Below, piece by piece: positions 19,549 to 30,232 of a stretch of 64,000 nucleotides of DNA. Within the stretch, counting starts at the first letter, position 1, and each line of letters begins with the position of its first letter. Source of the DNA: a bacterium (GTDB lineage: Bacteria; Patescibacteriota; Minisyncoccia; Phycocordibacterales; UBA6899); NCBI GenBank assembly GCA_021851895.1, contig JAJZQJ010000006.1, positions 13,861 to 77,860 on the forward strand, given 5' to 3'. The notes below the pieces were generated by a model that worked only from the letters and a program-made list of their open reading frames with translations, ran no database searches and was not told the origin of the DNA. A program made the translations under genes and the position numbers.

Positions 19549-20054
19549 AAGCCATCCTTACCTACGAATAACGCACCATCGATCGTTCGGAGCATTGCAG
19601 GCGCAGCCTTATGCGATAAGAGGACGTGATACCCGATACTCGTAGTCGTTGCATTCAATCTTTGCTCGAAATATTCTCTTCGAGTGAAAGAGACATTCTC
19701 TACAACAACATTTGTACTTGTTATCGATCGCGTCCCTCGCCCAGAGATACGCACCAAGGCATCGCCGTTTTGCTCGATGAGCACGCCGCCAAGACTTCCA
19801 ACCAGCGTGAGTACTGTTGACGTCCCCGATGACAGCGGTGTCACCACTTGCGTTGCGTCGACAAGATCACCCCGCATCGTGTTGATGATATCTTGTGCAC
19901 CATTAGCAAGATCGTTTCTTCGATCATGCTCGGTTTGTGCACCGAGTGCCGCGATAAAATAATTCGAAAGCACGACTCCTATGATCGATAAAATGGCCAC
20001 ATACATGAGGATTTCAATGATAGACATTCCCGTTTTTCGATTTGGAGTTTGCAT
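19545..20054 (-). CDS. Pseudopilin / minor type IV pilin
   Basis: Start at MQTPNRKTGMSIIEILMYV: class III prepilin signal G-M-S-I-I-E followed by a hydrophobic helix. Confidence 0.65.
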   Translation of the reverse strand: MQTPNRKTGMSIIEILMYVAILSIIGVVLSNYFIAALGAQTEHDRRNDLANGAQDIINTMRGDLVDATQVVTPLSSGTSTVLTLVGSLGGVLIEQNGDALVRISGRGTRSITSTNVVVENVSFTRREYFEQRLNATTTSIGYHVLLSHKAAPAMLRTIDGALFVGKDGL

Positions 20055-20065
20055 AACAGCATTGT

Positions 20066-21388
20066 TTATGGTGACCACGAAACAAACACTTGATCGACCA
20101 CGGGGGTGCTCACACCCTGATTGACGCAATCGTCGGCACAAAGTTGTACTTTATATCGATAGTATTCTTTCCCATTGACTGCTGCTACGCAACCGGAACG
20201 GAACAGATCGAATGGAATATCAGGACCCAGAGTGGTGAACCAGTCACCACTACTACAGGTCGCTCCGCCCACATAGTTCCAGCCCCCGACAGAACATGTC
20301 GGATAATCACTTGCCCCGTTTGCACACGATGCACTCGCAAACTGAAAACGCACCTTGCCTACATTTCCATTTGCACCACCGAGCACTCCTCTCCAAGTAA
20401 GGCTGTTATAGAGCACGTCGCCCGTTGCGCCCGTATCAAGCACCGCACTCTCAGCTTCTCCTGTTGCAGGGAACCCCCCACAACCACTCTGCGCAGGATG
20501 GAACACGTACGAAAGCACGAGCTTCATCGACACGCTACTCAAGGTGATCCCCTTTGGGTCAATAGTGAATTGCTGGGTATATGCCCCGCCTGTTGCGTGC
20601 TGAAATACATCCTTTGCATTTACTGAAAGCAGATCGAACTTCGCTGGGTTCGGAGTGGCGGGCAATGCATACGTAACTCCATCGCGAAGGGGATCATTGA
20701 AATATAGCGAGACCGTCCCCGCTCCATCGTAATGTCCTGAAAGCTCGACATATGCACTCGTCACTGCCCCACTGATCGCAGAGATGTCATCATTGATCGC
20801 ATAGGAGATTGGGAGTGTCATCATACTTGTGATAGCAGGCACACCGCTGATGAAGTATTCGACAGTCTTTGTTTTTTCAGTACTCGGTAGACCATCTGGG
20901 CAATTATTTCCGATCTCACGAGTATATGAATTCGTCGCATGTACCGAAACCGTAGAAAGCGACACGCCATTCGCGAGCAACGTTAGCGTATGCATATATG
21001 TCCCCGCCGTTGTGGCTGCGAGTTTATGTGCTCTATCAATATATATGAATGAAAATGTTGCGGAATCTGGCACATTCGGTAAAGTGAACGTCTGATCACT
21101 GAGTGGGTCTCCATCGATGCGTACTACGAAGGAACCACCTCCTTGATACAATCCATCAATGCTAAGATAGACCTTCATCGTACCAGATGCGCCGACCACC
21201 TCTCCTCCGCTAATTGAGAAATCGATGGTCTTTGACCCGGTGATGTCCTGATTGCCGGCAAGCACCAATGTGCGCGTTGACACATCCACCTCTCGCGCAA
21301 AGACAGAAAAAGCCACCGTAAGAGAGCCGGCAAAGATACAGAGGAATATGACGATAGATTTTTTGCTGTATTTCAACATGATGATCAC
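20066..21388 (-). CDS. Secreted hypothetical protein (440 aa) in the pseudopilin operon
   Basis: Signal-peptide-like N-terminus; Cys-rich C-terminus; no recognised domain. Confidence 0.5.
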   Translation of the reverse strand: MIIMLKYSKKSIVIFLCIFAGSLTVAFSVFAREVDVSTRTLVLAGNQDITGSKTIDFSISGGEVVGASGTMKVYLSIDGLYQGGGSFVVRIDGDPLSDQTFTLPNVPDSATFSFIYIDRAHKLAATTAGTYMHTLTLLANGVSLSTVSVHATNSYTREIGNNCPDGLPSTEKTKTVEYFISGVPAITSMMTLPISYAINDDISAISGAVTSAYVELSGHYDGAGTVSLYFNDPLRDGVTYALPATPNPAKFDLLSVNAKDVFQHATGGAYTQQFTIDPKGITLSSVSMKLVLSYVFHPAQSGCGGFPATGEAESAVLDTGATGDVLYNSLTWRGVLGGANGNVGKVRFQFASASCANGASDYPTCSVGGWNYVGGATCSSGDWFTTLGPDIPFDLFRSGCVAAVNGKEYYRYKVQLCADDCVNQGVSTPVVDQVFVSWSP

Positions 21389-21411
21389 TCAGAACATTAT
21401 GATAACGATAC

Positions 21412-22017
21412 TCATAAGGGGATGCTTATATCCCCCATATCTGTACGCAACACATATCCCCAATGTTTCGATCCCTCATCAATATAGAATGCGATGCCGA
21501 CGATATGTGCATGTGCGAAATATGGATTCGCGACGAGCTGAGCGAGTGCTTCTTTCGAGTCAGGAAAACGCTGTGGCATCGGTAAATATACTGGCGCATG
21601 CACAGTAACGGGTACATCGCTTATGACACCACCACTTCCTAACTCAATGCGGCGAACGGTACTGCTCGCGTCATAAAGTATTTCGTAACGCATACTCGTT
21701 CCATCGGGATACAACTCTGCGAGCGAACGCACTGCAAATATATGGAGTTGCCGTCCTGCGACCAATGCGATCGCGTGTTTAAGTGTGATCGCATTCATAG
21801 GCCCCTTGCCTGCATCAATAGCGACAGGAGCAGCGGAGAAATCGGGATAGCGCAATACGGTATGTCGGCTTGTGGTCGCTGCGCTACCCTCTCGATCACT
21901 CGCGCTGAAAGATAATTGTGCTTCCTGTCTACCAAGATAGGATACGAAAATCGTCGCAGCCAATGTGCAGCATAAGACACTTCCCCATATGAGTTTTCTG
22001 TATGATTTTTTCATCAT
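21412..22017 (-). CDS. Membrane-anchored hypothetical protein (about 200 aa, start at MMKKSYRK)
   Basis: Its ATG overlaps the TGA of the upstream giant gene (ATGA), suggesting translational coupling. Confidence 0.4.
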   Translation of the reverse strand: MMKKSYRKLIWGSVLCCTLAATIFVSYLGRQEAQLSFSASDREGSAATTSRHTVLRYPDFSAAPVAIDAGKGPMNAITLKHAIALVAGRQLHIFAVRSLAELYPDGTSMRYEILYDASSTVRRIELGSGGVISDVPVTVHAPVYLPMPQRFPDSKEALAQLVANPYFAHAHIVGIAFYIDEGSKHWGYVLRTDMGDISIPL

Positions 22018-25000
22018 GGTGTATAGCTGTAAGTGACAATGATATCCGCGCCCACACCATAAAGTGTCGTATCGGGACCAGCGGTGACCTCGATGGTATT
22101 CGTTCCTGGTGAAAGCAGTAATGCTGAAACCTTGTGATAGAGACGCCATGGAGAAAGTATCGTGCGACCACCTGGGAGCGCATAAGTTACCGAGCTCTCA
22201 TTATCAACCTTTACGGAAAGTGACGCGTTTGCAGTAGCACCTGAAGTTCCATATATACCGCGGATATCCAAGAAAATACTCTGGTACTGTATACTCTGCT
22301 CTGGTATGACGATACTAAAAGTACTTGTTGCACTACCACCACTTTGCACAATGTCACCATTTGAGAGCACGCCGAAGTACACTGTCTTTGACGGCTGCGA
22401 TACTCCGAGCGTCGTGAATTGCTGCACACTACTCCAAGTATGATTACCCGCAGCGTCACTCGCATAGAGTCGGTAATAATAGAGCGTATTTGAATCGAGA
22501 TTCACGAGCGAGGCGTTGTGGTCAAGCGTAAGGGACAGCGATTCCGCCTGACAACCTGACGCTGCATCACAGTTATCGCTAAAAATTCCCGTCTTATTGA
22601 GCTCTATAAGTTGTGTCGCTGGCTCATTTGTATTCCACGTGATCGTTGCGCCATTTGTTGTCGGTGTTCCTGCGCTGATATTAATGATCGAAGGAGGAGT
22701 ACGATCAACGAGAAAATCTGCTGCGGTCTCTAGATTCGGACTTAAAGAAGGATACGCTGCCCATGGACCATAAAAAGTTTTTGTCCCCGCAGTATACTCA
22801 ATACGCGCCTGCCAATGATATGCGTTCTCCGAGACGGGAACCGCAACCTTACAGTTATTCGCATCAACATTACAGTCGATAGTCCCTGGCCCAGGAACTG
22901 CTGGTCCAAGAACCTCAGAAGCACAGACGGACTGTCCACAAACAAACGTTGTTCCTATAGGCTGCACCTCAACAGCGAGCCGCATACTTCCGGAAACGCC
23001 CGATGATGAAGTGAGCACGCCCCCAAAGAAGACGGTATTTGCCCACGTCGCTCCGCCGACATTAAGCACAGACATGCCCGGAGTGGGATTGGTGCCACCA
23101 AGCATCGACGTGTTTTGTGTCGTCGTCGCGTATTGCGTAAGTCCAGAAGGCGCAGCAGGTTGATTATTGTTGAGTACGTTGAACGACAATTGCCCCGCAA
23201 AGAATGTTCCTGCGGTCAACGATGCGACCGTAGCACCTATCGATGCCCCAAAGGGGACCTCGGTCACCACACTTGTATCCGCCCACGACCCCCAATAGTC
23301 TGCAACCGCTCCCCCAACGATGACTTGGTCTGCTGAAGAGAATGCGGGTGGTAGCGTGACGTCACCATCGATGCCAACCGTACCGGCCGGACACACACCA
23401 TCACCAGACGGACAGAAATGATTCCCAGTGAGTGTGATCGCATCTCCTGCACCGCCACTCGTGGGCGTAATGCTCAGCAATCTTGGTCGCACATGGAACG
23501 GATTCGCATAATCCACACTCGCAGCATTTGCAACTGGAAAATCACGGACCAAAGTGATCGTGCCGACATAAAGATTGTCAGGAATCACGGCGGGGACCTC
23601 GACCTTCACTGCGGTATTACCCCAGCTCTCTATGACAACTGAGTCAATAGGCGCCGTGCACGTGGTCACACTACACCCCAAGATACGCACAAGACCAGCC
23701 CCCTGGTTTGCACCGAAACGTGTACCCAGCAATGTGATGACGCCATCAGTATCGCCAGTTGCAAACTCCTTCGCGCCATCTGGGCCAAGGCCAACAGGAA
23801 CGAGTAAACCTGTTATCTGCGGGAAAAGATAGAAGTCGAGTCCTCCCGCACTCACCCCACTTGCGGTGACCGACAAAGCGCCAACACCTCCATAGTTCGC
23901 ACCGAAATCAGTATCTGCGTTACCCGAAACACTTGCATCGAGATTTATGACGATCTGCGTATTACTCCATGAAACAACATTCGCATCGCTAATCGTGGTC
24001 TCTGTCGCTCCCCTTATCGACACTCTATTTTGTGCAGTCGCCCTATTCCCTACTCCTGGATCTGCACCAAAACCGAAACCATTGATGGTTATCGTTTGTG
24101 CGCTCGCGCCGATACCGAGCCTTCCACCGCAGTTCACACAACCTGAAGCATAACTGAGTGTATTTTCTGAAGTATTCACGTAATCGGTCATGTTTGGTGC
24201 GATCACTCCTCGCACCGTTGGAGTCCCCACGAGATATTCATCATCAAGCGGTGAGGCACTCGTATCGATGTCATTGATCGAATTGATCACAAGCGTGATC
24301 GTCTGACCAACAGATGGAGAGACACCTGCGTTTGCATACGTCGCTTTAGGAAATACATAAAACGTATCTCCAGGATTCAGTGTAAGAGATGGCGAAAATG
24401 AAAAAGTGACCGTGTTTCCTGACACCACTCCAGTGATCGACTGCGTTATGCCATTGTTTGGATTCGCATCCGTATCGATATCGAGTGACCAGCCACTTGT
24501 CTCAGCGAGATTTGCAGTTCCCGTATTCGTAAGGAGGACACGCGAAAGCGTGATCGGTGTCTGTCCTCTCGCATGGAAAACATATCCACTACAATCACCC
24601 TGCCCCACACAAAGTGGGTCAGCGATATATGCCGTACCCCCTGACGGAAGTGGCGTCGTCGTATTCGCGGCAGTAGTACTTGCGATGAAGAGTGCGGGCG
24701 CATTCTGAAGCGCAGCGCCCATGCGTGCATACATACTGTCAGGTACCGGATATGCCCATGTCGTCAATTCGGGGACAGAGCCTGGTGCGACACTTGCAAA
24801 AGAAACGCTTGTCCCGGATAACGTGACACGCTTCATGTATCCCACATTGCTTGCATCGTCAATGAAAAGCAGTGCTTGTGACGGTGCGCCACTTATGGGA
24901 AGTGCCATGATCTGTCCTTCTCCAGTGATCGTCGTTGGCGACGTCGCATTCGTTGGCTGTGCCACAAAACTTCCACCATTCACCGAAAGGTACCAATCGA

Positions 25001-26078
25001 TGCCATTAGTCACATCATTTCCATAAACAGCGACTGCTGCACGATTCGCACCATCGACGAGCCAAAATGCATCGGTTGGCATTTGCCCATCATTGATCGG
25101 ATTGACCGAGGCATCAACTGATGGTGCCCCGAAGCTCGTACCACTCCACATATCGAACTCACACAAATACTGCGCAACAGAGGGTTCCATAGTGCAGGTA
25201 GATAATATGATCTCGTTTGTCGACGGACTCGGCACAAGGCGCATGAAATCGCCGTAACCGGAAAGTGCAGTCAATGAACCGATCGCAGACCACGTACCTC
25301 CGGCAGACCTTGTTATCCATCGCGCACGATTTGAAGAATTCTCGCCCATCACTACAAGCATGTCGCCAGAAAGTGCCTCAAAGGAAACATCCATACCACG
25401 CATCGGTGGATAGATACCATTGAATCCCGTATATACCGTCGCATTGTTCGTGATCCTATTCCCATAATATTGCCAACTCGAGCCATTCCAGAACGCCGCA
25501 CTACCCGATCGTGTATCATCGAGATAAGCGAGGCCGAGCTGATTCGAATTCGGGCGTGCAGCCATCTTGATCGCGATGATATTTCCGGAAGTCGGACCAT
25601 TTGTTCTCTCTAACTGCCCCGACCATGCCCCGCCGCTCCAGGTGCGGTAATAGAACGTCGATTTGTTTCCCAATATTCTGCCTCTATATGCAATGACGGC
25701 TCTTCCAGTCGTTTGCTCATATGCGATATCGAAACGTGCGACATTACTGTCTCCAACAGATGCAGTCCAGTCCGCTATCCAATTCTTCCCATCAGCTGAA
25801 TGATACACATGGAGGATTCCACCTGAGTCTTGGACTCCAAGCACGAAATCTTGAGCGATGGGACTCGCTTTAGCAATGATGAATTTCGCATTGACACCCG
25901 CAATCGCAATAGAAGGAGAACCAAGTGTCCCAAAAACTTCGCTATGAAAACGCTGCATGACGTCTCCCCCGCTTTCCCAAAGCACTGGCCCCTCATCGAC
26001 AAATGCCCTTGCGTGTACAGGCAAGATGCCGATCAATAAAAAGAAAAGGAGGAAAAATTGTTTTTGTACGTAATGCAT
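22014..26078 (-). CDS. Giant secreted/cell-surface protein (about 1354 aa), Cys-rich with IPT/TIG-like and fibronectin-III-like modules; candidate pilus-associated adhesin
   Basis: Signal peptide. Repeated TLxGxxF...VxSWxxT IPT-like segments. An FN3-like segment TITWNTNEPATQ...YYYRLYASDAAGN. Many paired-Cys motifs. Embedded between pseudopilin genes. Confidence 0.7.
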   Translation of the reverse strand: MHYVQKQFFLLFFLLIGILPVHARAFVDEGPVLWESGGDVMQRFHSEVFGTLGSPSIAIAGVNAKFIIAKASPIAQDFVLGVQDSGGILHVYHSADGKNWIADWTASVGDSNVARFDIAYEQTTGRAVIAYRGRILGNKSTFYYRTWSGGAWSGQLERTNGPTSGNIIAIKMAARPNSNQLGLAYLDDTRSGSAAFWNGSSWQYYGNRITNNATVYTGFNGIYPPMRGMDVSFEALSGDMLVVMGENSSNRARWITRSAGGTWSAIGSLTALSGYGDFMRLVPSPSTNEIILSTCTMEPSVAQYLCEFDMWSGTSFGAPSVDASVNPINDGQMPTDAFWLVDGANRAAVAVYGNDVTNGIDWYLSVNGGSFVAQPTNATSPTTITGEGQIMALPISGAPSQALLFIDDASNVGYMKRVTLSGTSVSFASVAPGSVPELTTWAYPVPDSMYARMGAALQNAPALFIASTTAANTTTPLPSGGTAYIADPLCVGQGDCSGYVFHARGQTPITLSRVLLTNTGTANLAETSGWSLDIDTDANPNNGITQSITGVVSGNTVTFSFSPSLTLNPGDTFYVFPKATYANAGVSPSVGQTITLVINSINDIDTSASPLDDEYLVGTPTVRGVIAPNMTDYVNTSENTLSYASGCVNCGGRLGIGASAQTITINGFGFGADPGVGNRATAQNRVSIRGATETTISDANVVSWSNTQIVINLDASVSGNADTDFGANYGGVGALSVTASGVSAGGLDFYLFPQITGLLVPVGLGPDGAKEFATGDTDGVITLLGTRFGANQGAGLVRILGCSVTTCTAPIDSVVIESWGNTAVKVEVPAVIPDNLYVGTITLVRDFPVANAASVDYANPFHVRPRLLSITPTSGGAGDAITLTGNHFCPSGDGVCPAGTVGIDGDVTLPPAFSSADQVIVGGAVADYWGSWADTSVVTEVPFGASIGATVASLTAGTFFAGQLSFNVLNNNQPAAPSGLTQYATTTQNTSMLGGTNPTPGMSVLNVGGATWANTVFFGGVLTSSSGVSGSMRLAVEVQPIGTTFVCGQSVCASEVLGPAVPGPGTIDCNVDANNCKVAVPVSENAYHWQARIEYTAGTKTFYGPWAAYPSLSPNLETAADFLVDRTPPSIINISAGTPTTNGATITWNTNEPATQLIELNKTGIFSDNCDAASGCQAESLSLTLDHNASLVNLDSNTLYYYRLYASDAAGNHTWSSVQQFTTLGVSQPSKTVYFGVLSNGDIVQSGGSATSTFSIVIPEQSIQYQSIFLDIRGIYGTSGATANASLSVKVDNESSVTYALPGGRTILSPWRLYHKVSALLLSPGTNTIEVTAGPDTTLYGVGADIIVTYSYTP

Positions 26079-26088
26079 AATTTCATAT

Positions 26089-26565
26089 TCAACCGCCAAC
26101 TCTCGTTATGACCGGTGTCCCACGATCATCGATACTGACCATTAACCTAACCGCACTATAGCCAATGGTGAATGTCGTCGATGCAGTTGCTCCCGAGAGC
26201 GGCGCGAATTCTACACTCCGCGGCACGCTTGAAGGATCGATCCAAGAGACACCAACGGGGAGCGTCTTCGTTTCAGTCGAAAATGGTTCAGCAGCATAAT
26301 CTCGAGTACCTGTCGCGTAGAATTCCCACGATGCGCTCGCCGGCAATGCCCGCACTCCCCAGGTCATTCCCCTATCTCCGGCGATCGCTCTTCCTCTTGC
26401 GGCTTCGATATCCGCAACAAATGACTGCATTGCACTACCCGCAGCAACTTCAATGATCGATGACCGGAAATACATGATTCCCGCTGCGCTGAGCACAGTA
26501 AGTACTGCCAGTGTTATCAACACCTCCAATATAGTGAACGCTCGGTTGTCTCTTGTGGTTTTCAT
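26089..26565 (-). CDS. Pseudopilin
   Basis: Start at MKTTRDNRAFTILEVLITLAVL: canonical prepilin N-terminus. Confidence 0.7.
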   Translation of the reverse strand: MKTTRDNRAFTILEVLITLAVLTVLSAAGIMYFRSSIIEVAAGSAMQSFVADIEAARGRAIAGDRGMTWGVRALPASASWEFYATGTRDYAAEPFSTETKTLPVGVSWIDPSSVPRSVEFAPLSGATASTTFTIGYSAVRLMVSIDDRGTPVITRVGG

Positions 26566-26587
26566 ATGCAAGTCACCGCATGAACGA

Positions 26588-27220
26588 TCAGCAACCAGTG
26601 CAAAGTTGCAATTTATCTCCGACCTGGATGTTCTTATGTGTCCCGAGCAGTATATTCGGCGTCTCACATCCCACAGTAGAAGAACCAACGAGACTCCAAC
26701 CTGTTTGACCGCAAACGATATTTCGCCATCGAGTAAGTACTGTCGACACGACGAGCGATTCACCCGTTCCCCACATAGCATTTGCAGTGATGAGGAGAGA
26801 CCCAGAATCGATCACGCTTGATGAAGTTGCAGTAAGCGCAAGCGGTGTCGTTGTCGCCGCAATCGTCCTGGAAGCATCTTGCACGGTGAAGGAAAGTGCG
26901 TAGGAAGTACCATCTATTACAACGGTGCTCGTTCCGATGGATGGCACATAGTGGTTTGCGGTGAGCGTCATCGCGTAGGGCGTGTTTCTTTGCAATTGTG
27001 CTATAGAACCCCAACTTTCCTCCGATGCAGCGCGAACCCTCGTGAGCATTTCCTCGATAGCGCTGCTCGCGACTGTTCTCATTCTCGACGTTTTCTCACT
27101 GACGAATCCTGCGGATAACGCCTGCGCGATGATCGTCGATATGGCGAGAAAGAGCGCGAGCGAGAGCAGCACTTCAATGAGCAGCACACCCCTTTGTGTT
27201 TGTCTGGCCATTATCTGCAT
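26588..27220 (-). CDS. Pseudopilin with a Cys-rich C-terminus
   Basis: N-terminus QRGVLLIEVLLSLALF is prepilin-like (G-x-L-L-I-E). Confidence 0.6.
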   Translation of the reverse strand: MQIMARQTQRGVLLIEVLLSLALFLAISTIIAQALSAGFVSEKTSRMRTVASSAIEEMLTRVRAASEESWGSIAQLQRNTPYAMTLTANHYVPSIGTSTVVIDGTSYALSFTVQDASRTIAATTTPLALTATSSSVIDSGSLLITANAMWGTGESLVVSTVLTRWRNIVCGQTGWSLVGSSTVGCETPNILLGTHKNIQVGDKLQLCTGC

Positions 27221-27223
27221 ACG

Positions 27224-28435
27224 CTAAGATACTTTCGTCATAAGCTGATAGATCGGCAGGAGTATACTCATCGCGATCAAACCGACGACGACACCCATAA
27301 CAAGGAGAAGTAGCGGTTCGAGCAGTGTGGTCATGTTTCGAAGGAGATAATCCACTTCGTCATCATAGAAATCAGAAACTTCAACCAAGATATCTCCGAG
27401 CTTGCCGGTCTCCTCACCCACTCGCGTGAGTCCAACAACAATTCCAGGAAAAAGCTCTGGATGCTTTTCGAGTTCTCCCGAAAGCGGTGCGCCACCCATT
27501 ACTGCCTGGCGCGCTTCGCGTGTTGCGCGTTCCATTGCACGATGACCTACACTTCCTGCGGTCGTCTCAAGTGCTTCCATCATGGGAATTCCTGCAACAA
27601 GCAAATTACCCAGCGTACGGGTGAAGCGCACAAGTGCAACACCATGGACAACAGTCCTTGCAATCGGTACGCGTTCAAGTGCGAGCGCAAAGAGTGCCCT
27701 ACCTTTTTCCGCTTTGCGAAACCAATAGACGATACCGCCGATACAGAAGAGGAATAATCCATCGAGCCACAGGCTGTATGAAAAGCTATTCGATAGTGCA
27801 AGGATGATGCGGGTGAGTAGTGGAAGCGCGACACCCGATTGCGCGAAGGCTCCAGAAAGTCTCGGGAGTACGAAAATGAGCAACAAGAGAATGACTGCAC
27901 CTGAACCGATGACAAGAATGAGCGGATACACGAGTGCACCCTTCACACGCTGCCGTAAACCGAAATCACGCTTCAGGTACTCTGCGATGAGTGCAAGCGT
28001 CTTCCCAAGCGTTCCCGAAAGTTCACCAGACTGAAGAAGGCCAATAAATGCGGGATTGAAATACTGTTTATACGGGGTGAATGCTTGGGACAATGATGCA
28101 CCACCACGCACCGACGCTTCAACACCTGCGATCATCGATTTCATCGCGGGGCGCTTATTGTCTTTTGAGAGTAGTGAAAGTGCGCCAAGCACAGTAACTC
28201 CGGCCTGCAAAGCGATTCCAAAATTTCGTATGAAAAAGAGAATATCTGCCGCTGCCGGCGCACGCTTTGAAAAACGGCGAAACGGCGTTTCGCCCTCATG
28301 CATCAGAGAAAGTTCCACGGGTGTTATCCCTCGCTGCATGAGTAGAGTAACGGCATGCTCGCGCGTTGCACCCTCGATGCTCCCCTCTACGTGTGCACCC
28401 TTTTTGCTTATTGCTTTGTAGACATAGACTGGCAT
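27224..28435 (-). CDS. pilC: PilC / GspF-family platform protein, paralog 2
   Basis: 403 aa; two GspF repeats; immediately downstream of the second pilB. Confidence 0.85.
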   Translation of the reverse strand: MPVYVYKAISKKGAHVEGSIEGATREHAVTLLMQRGITPVELSLMHEGETPFRRFSKRAPAAADILFFIRNFGIALQAGVTVLGALSLLSKDNKRPAMKSMIAGVEASVRGGASLSQAFTPYKQYFNPAFIGLLQSGELSGTLGKTLALIAEYLKRDFGLRQRVKGALVYPLILVIGSGAVILLLLIFVLPRLSGAFAQSGVALPLLTRIILALSNSFSYSLWLDGLFLFCIGGIVYWFRKAEKGRALFALALERVPIARTVVHGVALVRFTRTLGNLLVAGIPMMEALETTAGSVGHRAMERATREARQAVMGGAPLSGELEKHPELFPGIVVGLTRVGEETGKLGDILVEVSDFYDDEVDYLLRNMTTLLEPLLLLVMGVVVGLIAMSILLPIYQLMTKVS

Positions 28436-28449
28436 AGCTCTCTCAATGA

Positions 28450-30159
28450 TTATTCGCGTGCAACACGCAGCACCTCCTCAATAGTTGTCGATCCAAGCTC
28501 TACTTTGCGGAGCCCATCTTCGAACATCGTGACCATGCCTTCCTTTATTGCCTGCTTGCGCAGCGTCGCAGAGTCCTTCCCTTCTACAATGAGCGTGCGC
28601 ACCGCATCGCTTATTGGGAACACTTCAAAAATGCCCATCTGTCCAAGATATCCCGTCATGCTGCAAACCGAACAACCTTTTCCTTTAAACAACGTCTGTG
28701 GAAGATGCGTAATATGCTCTTCGCCTCGCTCAGCGAGCTCTGCTTTGATGCGCGCATTCGTTGCATCATCAGCGGGATACGAGGTGATACATGTCGTACA
28801 TACGCGTCGCACCAAACGCTGCGCAATGACGACATTCACCGTACTTGAGAGCAGAAACGGTTCAGCGCCCATATCGACGAGTCGCGGCACTGCGCTTGGC
28901 GCATCAGTCGTATGCAACGAAGAGAGGACGCGATGTCCGGTAAGTGCCGCATGTATTGCGATCTCTACGGTTTCATTATCGCGAATCTCTCCGATCATGA
29001 TGATGTCGGGGTTCTGTCTGAGTAATGCGCGAAGACCATTTGCGAACGTGATACCTGTCTTCGTATTCACTTGTGTTTGATTGATGCGGGGAAACTCATA
29101 TTCAACGGGATCTTCGATCGTCGTGATGTTCACATCAGGAGTATTCAGGATCTGAAGCAATGCATAGAGCGTTGTCGTTTTTCCGTGACCCGTTGGACCA
29201 GTGACCAAAATGAGTCCATGAGGTCGATGAATCTCCAACTCAAGTGCCTTGATCGCGGATTCCTCCAACCCAAGACTCGAAAGAGACAACGGCCTTGCTG
29301 ATGAGCGCAAAAGACGCATCTCAGCTTTCTCTCCGTGAAGCACCGGAATGATATTCACACGAACATCAGTTGATGCACCCTCCTCGCTCTCGAAAGCGAA
29401 ACGGCCATCCTGAGGAACACGATGTTCGTCGATTGCGAGATTTGCGAGCACCTTCACGCGCGCAACAAGTGCAGTGATGAGCTCGGGAGGCAGCTGCACG
29501 ACAACGCGCATGACTCCATCAACGCGGAAACGCACGAGCATAGCATCGGGTAGAGGCTCAAAGTGGACGTCCGATGCATTCAACGTAATTGCATGATCAA
29601 GTATTTTCGTGAGGATCGTTGTAATTGAAACAGAGGTTGCCTTTGCATTGAGCGGCTGATCAATTTCGTGCGCAGCCTCCTCCGCATGACCTTTCAGGAT
29701 CGTCTCGAAATCACCGCCGAAAGTCGGCTGATACTGCTTGAGCCCATAATGGAAGCTCGAAGAACCCATGAGCGCGGGCTCCACCCAAGCAGAAAGAAGC
29801 GCAGCAACATAGGCTCTTGTCCCATAATCGAGCGGATCAAGCATTGCAAGCTGCGCAACACCGGACTCTTTATTAAAGCCATAGAGTATGACACGTTTCG
29901 ATTTCGCGACAGCCTCAGGAAGCATCGACAATACCGCCGCATCGATTTCGATACGATGGAGATTGATGACAGGAACACCATAGTACGGCTGCAACGTCTC
30001 AAGAAAGATATCTTCGGAAATCACCCCTCTTCCGATGAGGACATCCTCGATCTCGTGGCCCGAATGCGCCGCTTCGGTCGCAGCGAGCTCAAAATCGTCT
30101 TCCGATACGAAGCCGGAATCTATGAGAAAACCACGGAGTGCCTCCTTCGTTATATGCAT
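28450..30159 (-). CDS. pilB: PilB / GspE-family assembly ATPase, paralog 2
   Basis: 569 aa; Walker A GPTGHGKTTTLY; tetra-Cys motif CTTC...CSVC; N-terminal GSPII_E_N-like domain. Confidence 0.85.
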   Translation of the reverse strand: MHITKEALRGFLIDSGFVSEDDFELAATEAAHSGHEIEDVLIGRGVISEDIFLETLQPYYGVPVINLHRIEIDAAVLSMLPEAVAKSKRVILYGFNKESGVAQLAMLDPLDYGTRAYVAALLSAWVEPALMGSSSFHYGLKQYQPTFGGDFETILKGHAEEAAHEIDQPLNAKATSVSITTILTKILDHAITLNASDVHFEPLPDAMLVRFRVDGVMRVVVQLPPELITALVARVKVLANLAIDEHRVPQDGRFAFESEEGASTDVRVNIIPVLHGEKAEMRLLRSSARPLSLSSLGLEESAIKALELEIHRPHGLILVTGPTGHGKTTTLYALLQILNTPDVNITTIEDPVEYEFPRINQTQVNTKTGITFANGLRALLRQNPDIIMIGEIRDNETVEIAIHAALTGHRVLSSLHTTDAPSAVPRLVDMGAEPFLLSSTVNVVIAQRLVRRVCTTCITSYPADDATNARIKAELAERGEEHITHLPQTLFKGKGCSVCSMTGYLGQMGIFEVFPISDAVRTLIVEGKDSATLRKQAIKEGMVTMFEDGLRKVELGSTTIEEVLRVARE

Positions 30160-30232
30160 ATACTAAAGTATACCACATATACAAAAAGCTACTCATAAAG
30201 AGTAGTGGGGACAGCATGCGCGCCAAGGAAAG

